Positions 12,496-25,730 of a DNA stretch of 64,000 nucleotides are shown here, piece after piece. The position numbers and the translations under genes were made by a program. Every line of letters starts with the position of its first letter. Within the stretch, counting starts at the first letter, position 1. Below the pieces are notes generated by a model, which was not told the origin of the DNA, searched no databases, and was given only the letters and a program-made list of their open reading frames with translations. Origin of the DNA: Fimbriosthenelais zetlandica (lineage: Eukaryota); assembly GCA_977030845.1 (NCBI GenBank), contig OZ365109.1:23188001-23252000 (forward strand), in the 5' to 3' direction.

Positions 12496-12876
12496 CTGCT
12501 TTTAATTGAAAAGAACAAGACCATAATTAGATGATGAAAGGGGAAGTGACGTGAACACAGAGGAAGGTCTGTGTCCGGGTCATTGATGAACTAAAGGGGG
12601 CTTTTAACGTTGACAGATCGATTGTGATATTCTTAGGCATTACTACATACGACTTACAAGCGCAAGCTGGCGCTTGCTAATGTGGCCTTGTTCTACATGA
12701 ACATAGTTACACCAATATTCTTAGCCTGTTACAACCTTGATCGAGCTTGATAAGTTATAATATGCCCATGCCTTTTTCAATGTGTTCTTTCACAATGTTT
12801 CGTGATCAAAGGTTTTATTGGTAGGCCAAAATTTTGTATAAAAACAAAATGGCGTCATTATAGAATTGATAGTTAC

Positions 12877-13012
12877 CTTCTTATGTAGATAATGCCGAAC
12901 ATGAGGATTACGCCGCCGATGAGTAGAGATACAATGATAATGATAGCGACTGTAGCACCACTTGAGATTGATAAGGACCACAGAGATTCGTGATCACCCG
13001 ATACAGCAGCTT
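12877..13012 (-). CDS. Transmembrane exon (EAAVSGDHESLWSLSISSGATVAIIIIVSLLIGGVILMFGIIYIRR), absent from the ORF track
   Basis: Acceptor ttttttgttctcctttcag, donor AAG|GTAACT, 136 nt, phase 1 to phase 2. It encodes a ~25-aa hydrophobic helix followed by a basic stop-transfer sequence (RRRNK after splicing). Confidence 0.87.
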
Positions 13013-13394
13013 CTGAAAGGAGAACAAAAAATGACACATTTTAATTGGCACTCAAAGCTTGTTGTTGTGACTCTATGATAATCAAAGAACCCTTTTTGAG
13101 CAGCACAAAAAGAGGACAAGACTTCCTCTACACGTCTTTTCAATTACTAGGTAACACTGTTTTTAATGTATCTTTTTAAGTGCTTAAGTAGGTAAGATGG
13201 TTGCAGTAACGCAGTGTCTTGTATAAATCATCCCCAGGCTTATAGCCTCTTATAAATTTCATGGCTGGAAGTGTTGAAAAATTCCCTTGTTTGACCCACT
13301 ACTGCCCCCCCCCCCAGTTAGTGATGGATGGCGTATCTTGGTCGTCCATAAAATAAGAGGAGACAGGCCGGATTAATAACCACTTAACACTCAC

Positions 13395-13547
13395 CTCCTG
13401 AGCAATTTCCAACATGACCGGTCCACTTGTTCGCCACGCATTTCATACTCCAGGTGTCGCCCCCAGCCTTACATCCGACTAGGGCCTCATCCCACTTCCG
13501 CTTGTACCAGTAAGCCGATGACAGTGTGGGATCAGCACATCCTTTCA
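13395..13547 (-). CDS. Exon encoding a short 4-Cys sushi/CCP-like module (VKGCADPTLSSAYWYKRKWDEALVGCKAGGDTWSMKCVANKWTGHVGNCSG)
   Basis: Acceptor tttgtttttacag, donor GAG|GTGAGT, 153 nt, phase 1-1. The C..C..C-x4-W..C pattern resembles a compact sushi module. The exon is well supported; the domain label is less certain. Confidence 0.82.
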
Positions 13548-13966
13548 CTGTAAAAACAAAAAAAGAGATCATGAATAATTATTTATTTTCCCAATTGTTT
13601 CAGGTGTGTTATCTTTCCATTCCTCATGGGAAGGAAATCAGACGAACGTCAGGTATTTAAATATTAGATGATGTTATTAATATGATTGACTTTATTTTTC
13701 TTCAATTGCACTGCCCGGCTTCGATTCATCCTTAAAATCCGATTACCCAAGATTGCAACAAATCTTATATCAAGATGCCCACCATTTCCAAAATCAATAG
13801 AATATTCCGATGTATCTTGTTTACATGGTCTTCAATTTTATCGCATCCCCATCCTTCTTCAACCAATCCAGGCAAAGCTGCATAATTGCATTACACTCAA
13901 ATGAATTTCCCGGGCTGGAATTAATATTAAGATTTCCAATGAGACATTTCAGATTAATGAACTCAC

Positions 13967-14356
13967 CAAAGAAGTAAATGAGGAACCTCTTCTCGCCATC
14001 GCTCTCGGCTCTCCGGGGAAGGTTCACCTCCACCGAGTTGCCCACTGTTGTGTAGACATGCCTTTCCTTGCCCTTGCCACCACATAGGACTTGTCCGACA
14101 CTGACTCCTTCCTCCTTGATGTTAGCATAAACCGGGCAGTTGCTCTCATGGCCACCCGATGTGTGGTGATTGATGTTTGAGGAGAAGTCTAGCAGATGCA
14201 GTTCGATTATCTGTCCCTTCTCGGCTTGAATACGCCAGGGGGATACTTCACTTCCACATCCGGTGGTTTCGGTGACTGTACTAGCGATGTAGCCCTCGCG
14301 AGCTTTGATCGGGAGTTTGCCTTTCGCCATGCATTTACGCCCCTCGGCACTTACAA
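13967..14356 (-). CDS. Exon encoding a CUB-like domain (EGYIASTVTETTGCGSEVSPWRIQAEKGQIIELHLLDF...LCGG...RFLIYF)
   Basis: Acceptor ttttgtcattgcag, donor TTG|GTGAGT, 390 nt, phase 1-1. The G-x-I-x-S, W-x-I-x-A-x-x-G-Q-x-I-x-L-x-x-x-D-F, CG and terminal F-x-I-x-F pattern is characteristic of CUB domains. Confidence 0.87.
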
Positions 14357-17300
14357 CTGCAATGACAAAAGTTTATGGAGGATGGTTAATTTATGGTTGC
14401 GTGCTTCTATCATGGATCAGATCTAATGTATCGGGCATATTGGTAATGGCAACAAAAACATCTTCAGGAATCTGCATGCGATGTGGTTTGCAGTTTTGTT
14501 GCTACCAATGTTTCCAGTCTATTTATGCATTCTTTTATATACACAAGCTATGGAAAAATGGCTTGACTCTGTTCTCTTCAGCTTTGCATGATAACAATAA
14601 CCTAGTATTTGTCTGCGAAAGGTTACATGTATATTCATTCAGAGCACAATGCAGGGGTGAATATCATGCTCTAACAATGGTAAATCAAGTGTCTACTCTT
14701 AGCAATATTTTTTCATGGATGCATAGTGTTTTTACGCAGGGCATACATATTTTAGGAGAAAGAACATAAACAAAATGCAGCGTATACGGTGTACAATGGA
14801 TCTGCTGAACCTTTTGAGTGGATGGTGTACTACAAGTACAGACAGTAGTGGGAGGGAGTGTTAAAGGATAGATGTAAATGGTGCTGTAATGCCATTAATT
14901 AAAGGCCCTGATCTCGATTATTATGAGGGAATAGATTTGAAGCCGTGCCCTGATCTAGATACCCATCGATCTGAATCTACTGACACTGTAGAGAGTGGTT
15001 TTAACCCTAGCACACACCCTGATGATGATGGGATTTACATTAGATGGGGGGCCAAGGGGAGGAGATAGATATATAAATTATCTTAGGCCAGACAAATGTA
15101 ATCAGGTTACGGGGAGGAAGGACGTCGGAACGCTTGGCGAGAGTTTGTTTTAAGAGATACTCCATCGCTCACATTACAAGGGTTTCATTTCCCCCAATGG
15201 CTCCTTAACCAGTTCTCGTGCCATTTCTTCCCTCCAGTAAGTACATGACCTGAAGGGTCAAGTTTCTTTTAATGCCTATTCAGGTTCCGCGGTACTGCGT
15301 ATGGACCGGCAGCCAAATGATAATAAAACGCAATGCAGTGAGTGTTATCTTTGCAGGGGTGTAATTATTTCACATCACACGACCATTGCAGGGAGCGAAC
15401 ACCACACTCTGATTGCCTTTCCCTTTAAAAGCGATCGCCGCCCCTTTTTATGTTGGACCTGCGCCAATGACCAGAAGTACAGGTGGCACTCGGAGCCTAC
15501 ATGATCTGTAATTAAGACGAGCGTTCGTTATTAGTGAGGTGTGCATCAGGACCTTTGTGGTTCTTCCGGAGAGGCGAGATTGGCACCATTACCTCCAGAT
15601 ATGGTGTCCTTTGTGCCACACTGGTTGCAGCATAAATAAGGTGAGGGAGTTCCGGCTGTCAGCGAAGCCTGATGGCTTCACCTCGCCATGATGCTGAGAT
15701 GACAAGTAAGAGAGCACCCTCTACTAATATCTGATTGGAGGGAGCTCCCTTCCTGCTGCCTCCCTTGTTTGCCTCATAGAGGGAGCCAACCAAAGGCTCA
15801 CATTGAGCCTCTGTAATTATGGACTTTTGCACTGGCTCTAGTGCCATCCTCCTCATTATCATTTCGAATTGAAAAGAATGATATGATCTGGTGATTCAAA
15901 AAAAGGCGTGAAGCCTTATATAAGCTTCATCATCAAGAAGAAAACATGCCTGCAGGACTTCTTTTTAATGAGATGTTATGTTTGTGATCAGATCTCATTT
16001 ACTGCAAATGCTGGTTTATTTGGAAAAGCCTCCACCACTACACCAGAAATAGTCCAGAGATTTCCATATAAACATTCTGCCTAGATTTGATTAGAAATGA
16101 GAAAAAAGAGACCAGTTATTCAAGCATAACTTTTCCATTTTGGGGCTTAACACGTGCTGATGGATTCAAAGTGTTGATTTTCTCCCTGTCCGTTGGAGAT
16201 TAGCGTGTTTCTGTTCTTAAATCCAGAGCTGCCTGTCGTTAAGCTCATTCGATTATAACGAGTTCTATATTTACACAATATTGCAATGCAGGGGAAACAC
16301 AGGGGCTTTGGGCCGCAAAACCCTTTGGCAGTTAATGCGCAAAGCGTAATTTTCATCCCACCTCTTTCACTTTCTCTAACCAAATAAATCACGCAAAAGC
16401 AATGCTTCTATGAATCCTGTAAGCTATATTGCCCTTGGCTAATGCATATTCATAGGACAAGCAACCACTATAATTCTGTCAACCATATTATTCAGCATCT
16501 TCTTTTTTCAGACCATGATGTTATTTTTTTTCTCGGTAAACATAAATCACTGACTGATCAGTCCCACCAATCACTGTCCATTATAGAGTATTCATTCCTC
16601 GGGTCATGGAGGGCAAAAGAAAGCTTTCAAAACACCAATTGCTATCTCCCTCAAAGAGTTTCGAGCACATACATTTAAAGCTAGCAGGGGGGTAAGAGTG
16701 TCTAGCAATAGAGAGGGGTGCAGAGGCCATCCATCTCTCTATGACAAGCTAGGTACAGCAAGTCATTTCTCTCTGCATGATCAAAGGCTAAAGAGCATTG
16801 CCTTTAACCCCAGTGCAGCCTTCTGGCTGTCGAGAATGATTCACATTCTGATGTTATGCACAGGTGACATATTTGATACATCCTTTGTGGCTGACAACCA
16901 TCAACAATAGATATTATAAATAATTCCGGATATCTAGCTTTGTCTCTACAGGTGCATCCCCCACTTGAATTTCACGATAATTTGGCATCGAAGGCAGGCC
17001 ATCATCGGCAGCAAAAGGGCACAAAGATTTAATGCAGCAGGGACGGTATCCGGCAAGCTTTTATGTATAGACCCTGAGTACTCCAGCGGATGTGGCTAAG
17101 GTTTATGGAGGAATCATCTCCTTATAAGATCTCTTCACCACCCACAATTCTGAAATGTGCAGGACAGAACCACCTGAGGGGTTCCCATGGGTAATGAGCG
17201 GCTGTCTGTTAGAGTGTAAAAGCATGACCGCGAGGATGTTTTCTGTTTGGCTGGCCAAGCGCCGTTCTCGACAAGAAAATCACAGTCTACTGATCAAGGG

Positions 17301-20300
17301 ATTCACTAGGATGCTGGCAGAACATCCATATTAGAGGAGCAAACCTATACATTGCCTGGCTTTTGAAAAAAAACATCTTGGGTATAGGAGAGAAGACATA
17401 CTTAACTCCCATGTTTTAACCCCCAGGGGTTTTGTTCGAATGTGAGCCTTTATATTGTAATGCATGTATCACATTTTATTCCCTTTACCAAAACCAGCTG
17501 CCATTTTGATGTGAATATCATCAGCCTCATCCATTACATGTGAATGTCTATATGAGCTATATGAATAATATGAGGCACATTCCTGTACACTTCAGCAACC
17601 TGAAAGGCAGTTTATATTCCAGTCAGCTCTGGTCAGACGGTACTAATAAATAATTGGATCAACAATGATAGCATATCAGCACAAGGTGGGTGACAGGCCA
17701 TAGACCTAGCTACCTTGGATGGAGCTTGGTTTTATCGTGCTCCACCACAGTATCCTGGCAATTGTTTATCAGCTCATTCAGTAATGAGGAAGACTCCACG
17801 TGAGGCCCCAGATCACGTTGGACCTCTGGCTTCTGGCTAGCCATTTAATTATCCTGTAGAGGGCCAACGACGTGCGTGGGTTATTTCAATCACAGAACAC
17901 AGCTCATTGCGAGAGAGTCCGACTCCAAAACCTCGATGTGATGAACCCATCCATTTCAAGGTTTGTACCTGGACATTAAATAAGCCAGGCAGGCTGGAGC
18001 CGCGGCTATAGATGTAGATAGAGGCCAGCCTTTCATATTAATCATATTTTTCCATCTCGTGAAAAATTGCCTCTGACCTCGGCCATCCACATGACCGAGC
18101 ATTAAAACAAGGGGTCTTCAGAAGCTAGTTGATACACAATAACTGAAGTCTGTGGAGGCATTGAAGTGGTGGTGTGTGCGGCTGAGAAACACATACGCCC
18201 AAGCAAAAAATGTATGAAAGTTATAGTCAAGGCTGGTCCTAATCTGGCTTACTTCGTGTGTATGATGCCTGATATCCTTGCTCCTCCAGGACAAGGACTG
18301 CCAAATGAAGTTGACCCCATGGCATGCACTATGGAGGACCCTTCAACCCTTGCCAGTAACCCCTGGTGCTAGGGGCCTTCTTCAATTAGGCGTGTCCACT
18401 CAGGTGAAGACGGAGCGTGATGTCTTAGCATTTGGCCTTTGAGACAGGGTCATCTTGCAGCTAGTGCAGCCCTAGCCAGTTTCCTCCAGGAGAGGCCTCT
18501 AGGGAGCACTATAACTCCTGGAGCTGAGCGATCACCCCCGGGCGCATCTCGGGGATTGGATCGGCCTGCCCTGAGGGTTAGGAAAACATATCTCAACGAA
18601 TCTCCTGATCTAATTCGCAGTGCTCATGGAAAACAAAGGCGACTGTCTTCCCATATTAAGCTGTGGATATCATATGGGCACGATTTGCGCCTCAAATAAC
18701 TACAATTACATTAATGAATTATGCCTTGCGCCGGGTAATGAATGTTTTTTGTTCAGGGTATGTGCTATAGATGGGTGATGAGGATCTCTAGGGACGGTTT
18801 CACCACTAGGGCTAACCTCCATGTATGGTCCTTATTCAATTCCTGTATGGCCCTTACACTGGGTATGCCCTGCCAATAGACGAAGACAGAACAATGGGTA
18901 ACGCTCGTTAGATAGGACCCATTCGGTGTTTCTAGCGTGACCAATGGAATTTCACATACATGTGTGGGCTCATATTTAGGTCATGTTGATGGTTCTTAAT
19001 GAAATAAAAGCAAAAGAACGCCTCGGGAGCTATATGATCCAAACTAAGCACATTAGACACTCACACATCCGTGCTGCTGCTGCGACAACAGACCCCTCTG
19101 AAAGCCCGGCTATATAACAGGGTCAAGTGAGTGACATTTTGGGGTCATGCTGTCATATTTATAGTGCTATCCTCCCTCTGGCTAGGTCAGAGTTGACTGT
19201 AATGAGAAATATCCACCTTTTCCTCTGACGTTACTCATATTTTCTCATTTACCTTGGATCAATGTCACAGTAGCTGCAAGAAGAAGATCATTAATTCATG
19301 TGAAGGGAGGACCTTATAGTCTCATCACTTTCATAATCCACTAAAAGTTATGCCCTTCCACTCTTTTGTGTGTTCTCTGCACTTGGTAGATCTACATCTG
19401 TATTGAACTCTTACATAATTGATACTTTTCTGGTAAATACCAAGCTATAGCCACTTGTAAAACCTATACATGACATTTATCCAATAATGTTTTGTATAAT
19501 ATGTTTTACTTGTTACAGAGAGACACAGAGCCAATGTCCTTTTGAAAGTGCAGCTCATTATGTTTTTGTATTTCTATGGTCTTCTGCATTGAATCGATCC
19601 ATGCCTCTATCTACTTTTTGAAAGAAGAATCCTCACATTTTCATGTGGCTTTCAAGAAAGTCTCTTTACTTAGCAGTGCATCGATACCATTTAAGCAATG
19701 ACAGGTGCACATGCTAAAAGTCAGGAAGGTGCTTCCTTGTTGTTTTTGGTCGCCATTTTAATCGATAGACTCCCAGCCCTCTATGCAGATGCCTTTAAAG
19801 TCTAACCGGCCTGCATCCGTGTACAAAGCTTAAGTTTTGCATAATGAATCTCAACCATAAGGTGCATCGATCCGCTGTTTAGCTAGCTGCCTAACTGCAT
19901 TTTGTACATTATCTGCAGGTATAACTCCTATCCTTAAACAGACCAGTATCAGATTTCTTTCTAGCCAGTGTTGTAAGGGACCGTTCATCAGATAATGTTC
20001 CCCTGACAGAAATAGTAGTATTAGGTACAGAACTGTTCAACTGGAAGTCCCTCACTATAGTGCCCTATTCAGGTAGCAGCCCCAGCCATGAAATTGAGCT
20101 CACTGCAGCAGACCTACATATTATATGAAAGCAGAAAGCTGGACATCGCCATATGTGATATCTTAGCGTTGGATCTTGCAACTCAAAGAGGCCATTGGAC
20201 TTTCATACCTAAGTAATTATGAGAGACTAACCACATGGGCGAAATAACCACATCTTGTCTGCCAAACTTCAAAGCTGGCACGAATGAAGAAAGCCCGTGT

Positions 20301-21195
20301 AGGCAGTCTTATGTGACAGGGCACATCAAGGAAGGCAAGACCTGTAAACATGCTTTTCCCAGCTCCATCCCCCGCTAAAAGCCTGATATGAAAGGTCATC
20401 AGGCACAGTCAGTAAGAAACAGTGTTTCCTCTCCTTCAAATGCCCCTCTCCTGTGATCCTATAATTTCCAATGAATTGTCTTCCCTTGTCAGGATGGTTA
20501 TATTCTCTCTAGGAACCCATGTTCTTTGAACAGCTCACACTTTCTCTTCCCCTTTTGTGATATTGAATCAGGTCAAGGGTCTTTTACATATTTATCATTT
20601 TCTCTGTTCTCCAGCCACAGCCATGAACGCTCGATATTTCTCCTCAGACTGCTATAAAAACGTCCAACTGCATTGGGCAGATTTTATGGAAAGGCAATCT
20701 AGGCGAAGGAAGCCTGCAAGGCCTATCTGAGCCTGGCGCCAAGCAAGGGGCACAGCTTTGCCAGAGCGGCTCTACAAGGGTCAAATGTTACTCTGCCCCC
20801 TATTGTATTATGAAATAGTGTCCGTTAGGGACTCGGAGAATCCTAAGCTCTCTGATCCTCCAACTGTAGCAATGTGAATTATCATAGAAACCTTATCATG
20901 TTGCAACAGATCATCACGTTTTGACTTATACTCTAGCAACTGCCTCCTTTAGATTTGCTTTTGTATAATTGGCTCCCTCAAAATCCGGTGGAAAATACAG
21001 CTGTGGTGAATGTTATCAAAGTTTGCCCTTCCTATACACCAATTTGGGTTCTGGATATGGAGGTTAGGGAATTGGGTAGTGTAACGTAGGGTCTCTACAC
21101 TCTAAAGTACCAGGGTAATTGATATAGGCCCTTTACAAACATGCAGAACAGGACCAGGAAATAAAGGTGACCTTAGAAGTAACCTCGGTACTCAC

Positions 21196-21480
21196 CTTTG
21201 ACACACCTATAACTAGCTTCCAAATAGGACTTGAGGTCCTCCAAACACGGCTGCAATTTATCAAGCTCCGGATCAGGGATTTGGAATTCACACTGGCTCT
21301 TTCCTGAGCACCTTGAATCGACGAGGTCGAGTACGTCAGTAAAGCAGCCGACGTAGCCAAGGTCGTTCTTCACACACCTTCCAAGGCGCATGCGTCCATA
21401 ACGTGCCGTTTCCATGACAATGACTTCATCCGGTTTGCATGACGCCTTGAAGGATTCCCAAGGACAATACTCCCGAAGGG
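21196..21480 (-). CDS. Exon encoding a SUEL/galactose(rhamnose)-binding lectin-like domain (LREYCPWESFKASC...ARYGRMRLGRC...CSGKSQC...QPCLEDLKSYLEASYRCVK)
   Basis: Polypyrimidine+CAG acceptor (tctcttctacttgcag) and AAG|GTGAGT donor. The exon is 285 nt, open and phase 1-1. It carries the YGR motif, Cys spacing and 'YLxxxYxC' ending typical of the SUEL/Gal_lectin fold. Confidence 0.88.
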
Positions 21481-23774
21481 CTGCAAGTAGAAGAGAGATA
21501 AAGGGTTAGGTTCAGTCACTGTCACCTTTCCATCAATATAGATAATGATACGAAACTAACTGCCGCAGGAGTAGAAGGAAACCTATTATCACAATTACAA
21601 TCTGCTTCATAGTGCTTCCCTCTCTATAGCTGGAGGCGAGGGAATAGTCAGTCACTTTACAATTGACGTGAGGATCATTGTCTTGGCTCCATGCAATGCT
21701 TCGATTTTGAAGGATTCTTGCCTTGCACCAATGATACAGTTAGGAACAGGACCTTTCTTGGGAGACCAAAGAATGTCTCCTTCTATACAATACCTTATCA
21801 GTACGAGCTGAACGACGCCGTGAATGGAGTCTCGAAACGCTAGAAGGGGAAATGATTTATGGGCTAGATGACGTTGACTTCATGGGTAATTCTGACATTT
21901 TGCATGCTTGCCTTGGCGCTTACTGGCTCGCCATGGCCCCGAGCCGTTCCTAACAGCATCTGGGTCCAGAATTAATTTAGAATAATGCAATTATCATGCA
22001 TCAATGGTCACCTTCTCTGCTCCTGCCTTGATATGGGATAATATCAATATTTGCCATAGATCAAACACCCAAACTTCAGTCCAGCTTGACCTGGAGGTTC
22101 CCAGTAAAACTAGTTATTGTCCACCACATTTTCGCTCTTTCTATTGTTACCACTATTTTACTCTGCCAGGTTTGAAAATCATTATTCCTTTACTACACAA
22201 GTAGAGGAAGAGAGCGTTTGTGATCGGTCACCTTCAGCTGGAGGCCGAGGGTCAGTCATGCCCGTCTGCCCACGACTCCCCCTTCGTCATATTCTAAGCT
22301 CCGCGCATCTCAGACCATCCCGCAATGTAATTGGCCAGAAAATGTAGCCACGTGATTAATTTTTGTCTGCTCTGCTAGAGTGCAAAGGCACATAAATCTA
22401 CTGGGTGATCCAGCTAGGCAAAAGCCCTTTATCTCATGCAAGTTGGTGATGACCTTCTGCCCTAGATGAGCTACCGACAGAGGAAATCCAAGACTGGCAG
22501 AATAATGTTTTTTTGGCTGGTCTGGCATGTCGTTGCCAATATAAGGTGGAATTAAACCTAATGGATGGCAGTAAGTTGGGCATAAGTGCAGTGCTCTCTC
22601 TGAAGGAAAAAGACACTCTCAGATAAAGAAGACTCCTAAGAGCATTCCCGAATTAAGGAATACATAAAAAAGAGCCTTAATGCAGTAGATTACATTTGAT
22701 TAGAAAATTCCTGTTATTATATGGGCGTACATTCTTAAAGAAAACAACAGGTAACAGTTGTTTTTAAATGAGCAAATGGAGTTGTACTTCAGCAGAGGTA
22801 AAGAGACCTTGAGTGGTGTGAGTCTTTCAAAAAAGAAGCATTTGCCATCACGCAGATGGGGAAAATGAAGAGGCTTTGTAACACACCCAAAGGGTTGTCA
22901 AATTCAAGCCCATCGATTGACGGTTTTGTCTCCAGTATTTCAAAGGGATCTCGCTTGTTAGGACTTTGTGAAATAATGTTTGAGGCAATATGCTGAATAT
23001 CATGCTGCCCAACTTGAATTCCAGTACCTTTCATGTACGTGTACTGGTGAAAGGGCCATTAAAAACAATGCACATCTCCAGATGGCATTAACTGCCATGG
23101 GCACATTTTTTATATCCGTAGTTGCACGAGCACCGGGTGCGATATGTGTCATATCATTTCCTATGTATCTGTAATATGACAGGATAGACTGTATAACTAG
23201 TTTCAAAATATACTATGATGGAGGAGGATTTTCATCACCTTCCCCTTGGTCATATGTCAGCGTAAAGGTCAGGAAAATAAATTCTCTAAGATGCCCTCCA
23301 AAATAGTGGAATATATACAGGAAGGAAGGACAAGGAACCGGGTAATTTATCTGGCAAAATATCACATCTTATCTGGAAGTTTCCAGCCATTGTTTATGAG
23401 CCGCTCAGGGAGTTCAAGCTAGAGCAACTCCGGGTGGAGTTGGGGAAGGGTTTAGCTGAGGACTGGGCTATAAAGCTGAGTTAATCGTCTATATATTGGG
23501 AGGTGAGCATTATACGGCAGGGGGTGATGGAAAGGGCGAGGATTTCATCAAGTTCCCAACATTACTTTGGGTCGTGGGACTTGATCTGAGATCTGAGGGG
23601 AACCTTCTGATGTCACCTATCCAATATGGCCGCATTATTGCCTTGGAGCCTTACGCCTGGCACATGTCCTCGTAATAGGAGTTGATGGTCACCTCCCGCT
23701 GAAAAAAGTAGCACCGTTTGCGCGCGTAGTGATTTAGCATTTGCCTGGTACGAAGGCAGAGCGGAAGGACTTAC

Positions 23775-24028
23775 TCAGCCAACTGGCAGGCAAAATCAGC
23801 CAGGTGAGCATACTTATTCAACAGATTTGAGGGATAACTATTGGAGGATTGCCACCAATCCTTTTTATTAGGTTCTCTCTGTATCTTCTCAGTCTTATTG
23901 GGCGAAGGTTCCCGAACTAAAATAGCTCCTTCACAGTGGGGATTTTTCTTTATTAAAGAACTTCTCTTCAAGATTGACAGAAACGTGTAATACTGCGCAT
24001 GTGGAATATTATGGTTCCATCATATATA
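23775..24028 (-). promoter_or_regulatory. Candidate alternative promoter and first exon (coding part 23811-23775: MLTWLILPASWL + phase-1 base)
   Basis: TATATATG (fits TATAWAWR) starts at 24028, Inr-like CA sites are at 24002/23994, ATG is at 23811, and the donor is CTGA|GTAAGT in phase 1, compatible with the 21480 acceptor. Confidence 0.35.
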
Positions 24029-24679
24029 TCCCTTGGTACACTGCGAGTCTCAACTGCCTTGCGGCTGTTCCCATATAGTATTTAGATCTGACTTTAGATA
24101 GGCGATTTTTATCTCACACAATACTGATTAATACGCCTCCATGAACAATATCAAAGTGTGAGGGAAGGCTGTGGACTGTAACGTGCCAATAGTGTTCACA
24201 CTTTGTACGTGATTAAACAGATCACAAATCAAATACACCATCTCCAGCACGCGCCTCGCCAGACAGTTACAATAGAGAAGCTTTCCCTTCCCGTTTTTCC
24301 CTGCGTCTGCGAGCATCCCAGGATTTTTTTCCATTCCGGAAGAAAACATGCATATATATCGAAGCACACGTGATTAATTTAACACCCAATGGCACAGAGA
24401 CAAATGGATGCTTGATAAAACAAAGTAGACCCATATGTGTCAGAGGAAAACACAGAGCTGTATCGCGTAAAAATAAAACAATGTAGAGTGTGTGTAAAAA
24501 AACACCCATGAAAACATTAGCATTTAAAGTAAAAGAAATATTGGCAACCCAGATATGGGGCGCCAAGTGTTACCTTTTATATTTCGTACTTCAATTATTT
24601 ATTTCGATACGAAATATTTTTTATTTTGTACCACAATTATTTAATTTTGTTTCAATTTATTTTATTTCGTCTGGAATTA

Positions 24680-25161
24680 AAATTCCGTGGACGGAATTTT
24701 AATTAATTTTAATTTCCGTGGAAGTAATTAATATTCCGTGGACGGAATTTTAATGAATTTTAATTCCGTGGAAGGAATTAATATTCCGTGGACGGAATTA
24801 AACTTGATTAAAATTCCGTCCACGGAATATTAATTCCTTCCACGGAATTAAAATTAATTAAAATTCCGTCCACAGAATTTTAATTCTGTAGACGGAATTA
24901 AAATTTCGTTGACGGAATTAATTAATTCCGTCCACAGAATTTTAATTCTGTAGACAGAATTAAAATTTCGTTGACGGAATTAATTAATTACGTCCACAGA
25001 ATTTTAATTGTGTAGACAGAATTAAAATTTCGTTGACGGAATTAATTAATTCCGTCCACAGAATTTTAATTGTGTAGACAGAATTAAAATTTCGTTGACG
25101 GAATTAATTTATTCCGTCCACAGAATTAAAATTTCGTTGACAGAATTAATTAATTCCGTCT
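24680..25161. repeat. Left-arm array of ~21 palindromic subunits AATTCCGT-NN-ACGGAATT, with a 62-bp three-subunit higher-order repeat
   Basis: Read directly from the sequence. The higher-order unit aattccgtccacagaattttaattctgtagacagaattaaaatttcgttgacggaattaatt recurs ~4 times with variants. Confidence 0.9.
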
Positions 25162-25730
25162 ATTTCCTTCAACCAACATAAGGTGGCAGCACGTTCAGGG
25201 ATTGTAAAACCTATAGAAACGAAGTTGTTGTCAGAGTTGATCTGCTGTCGCCATGAGTCCTGCAACATCAAGACAACTAATAACGTTGTGTTGTCATAGC
25301 TCCCCCAGTATTGCCATGAGTTCCCCTACGTCACCACCTTTGCCCCGCCCAAGAAAAGCACTCTCACCAATGATCAGTATCACATAATAAAAGTTGGTCC
25401 ATTTAGAGCATATGCTAAGTCCCATTGGTAGATCCGATGACTATAATAAATAGCTTAAAAATAAGAAATAAAAGCGCCAGTAGCCCTGTCGGCGATCAGC
25501 ATGTCATAGCGGACACATGGCGGGAACCTGACGTCAGTGCTTGGGAGCGGCGCTTTGGTAACGGTGACCCCGTGACATCATAACTGGGTCATGATCGCGC
25601 ATGCGCAGTGGTAATTATTCACATTGGTCGCTAGGCTAGGAGTGAACCACTGTCACCTGAATCAAGTAGGCCCTAGGCCTAACAGGTTTTTGAAGAGAGA
25701 GTGCTGCCACCTTATGGTGGTTGAAGGAAA

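Noticed and set aside
14196-14769. Plus-strand ORFs overlapping the CUB exon (likewise 21133-21360 and 12128-12385 in other frames)
   Set aside because: Antisense or alternative-frame shadows of real exons, with no independent coding signal.
20217-20399. ORF containing a Walker-A-like AGDGAGKS
   Set aside because: Isolated 60-aa intronic ORF with no further NTPase motifs and no supporting splice sites; consistent with a chance match.
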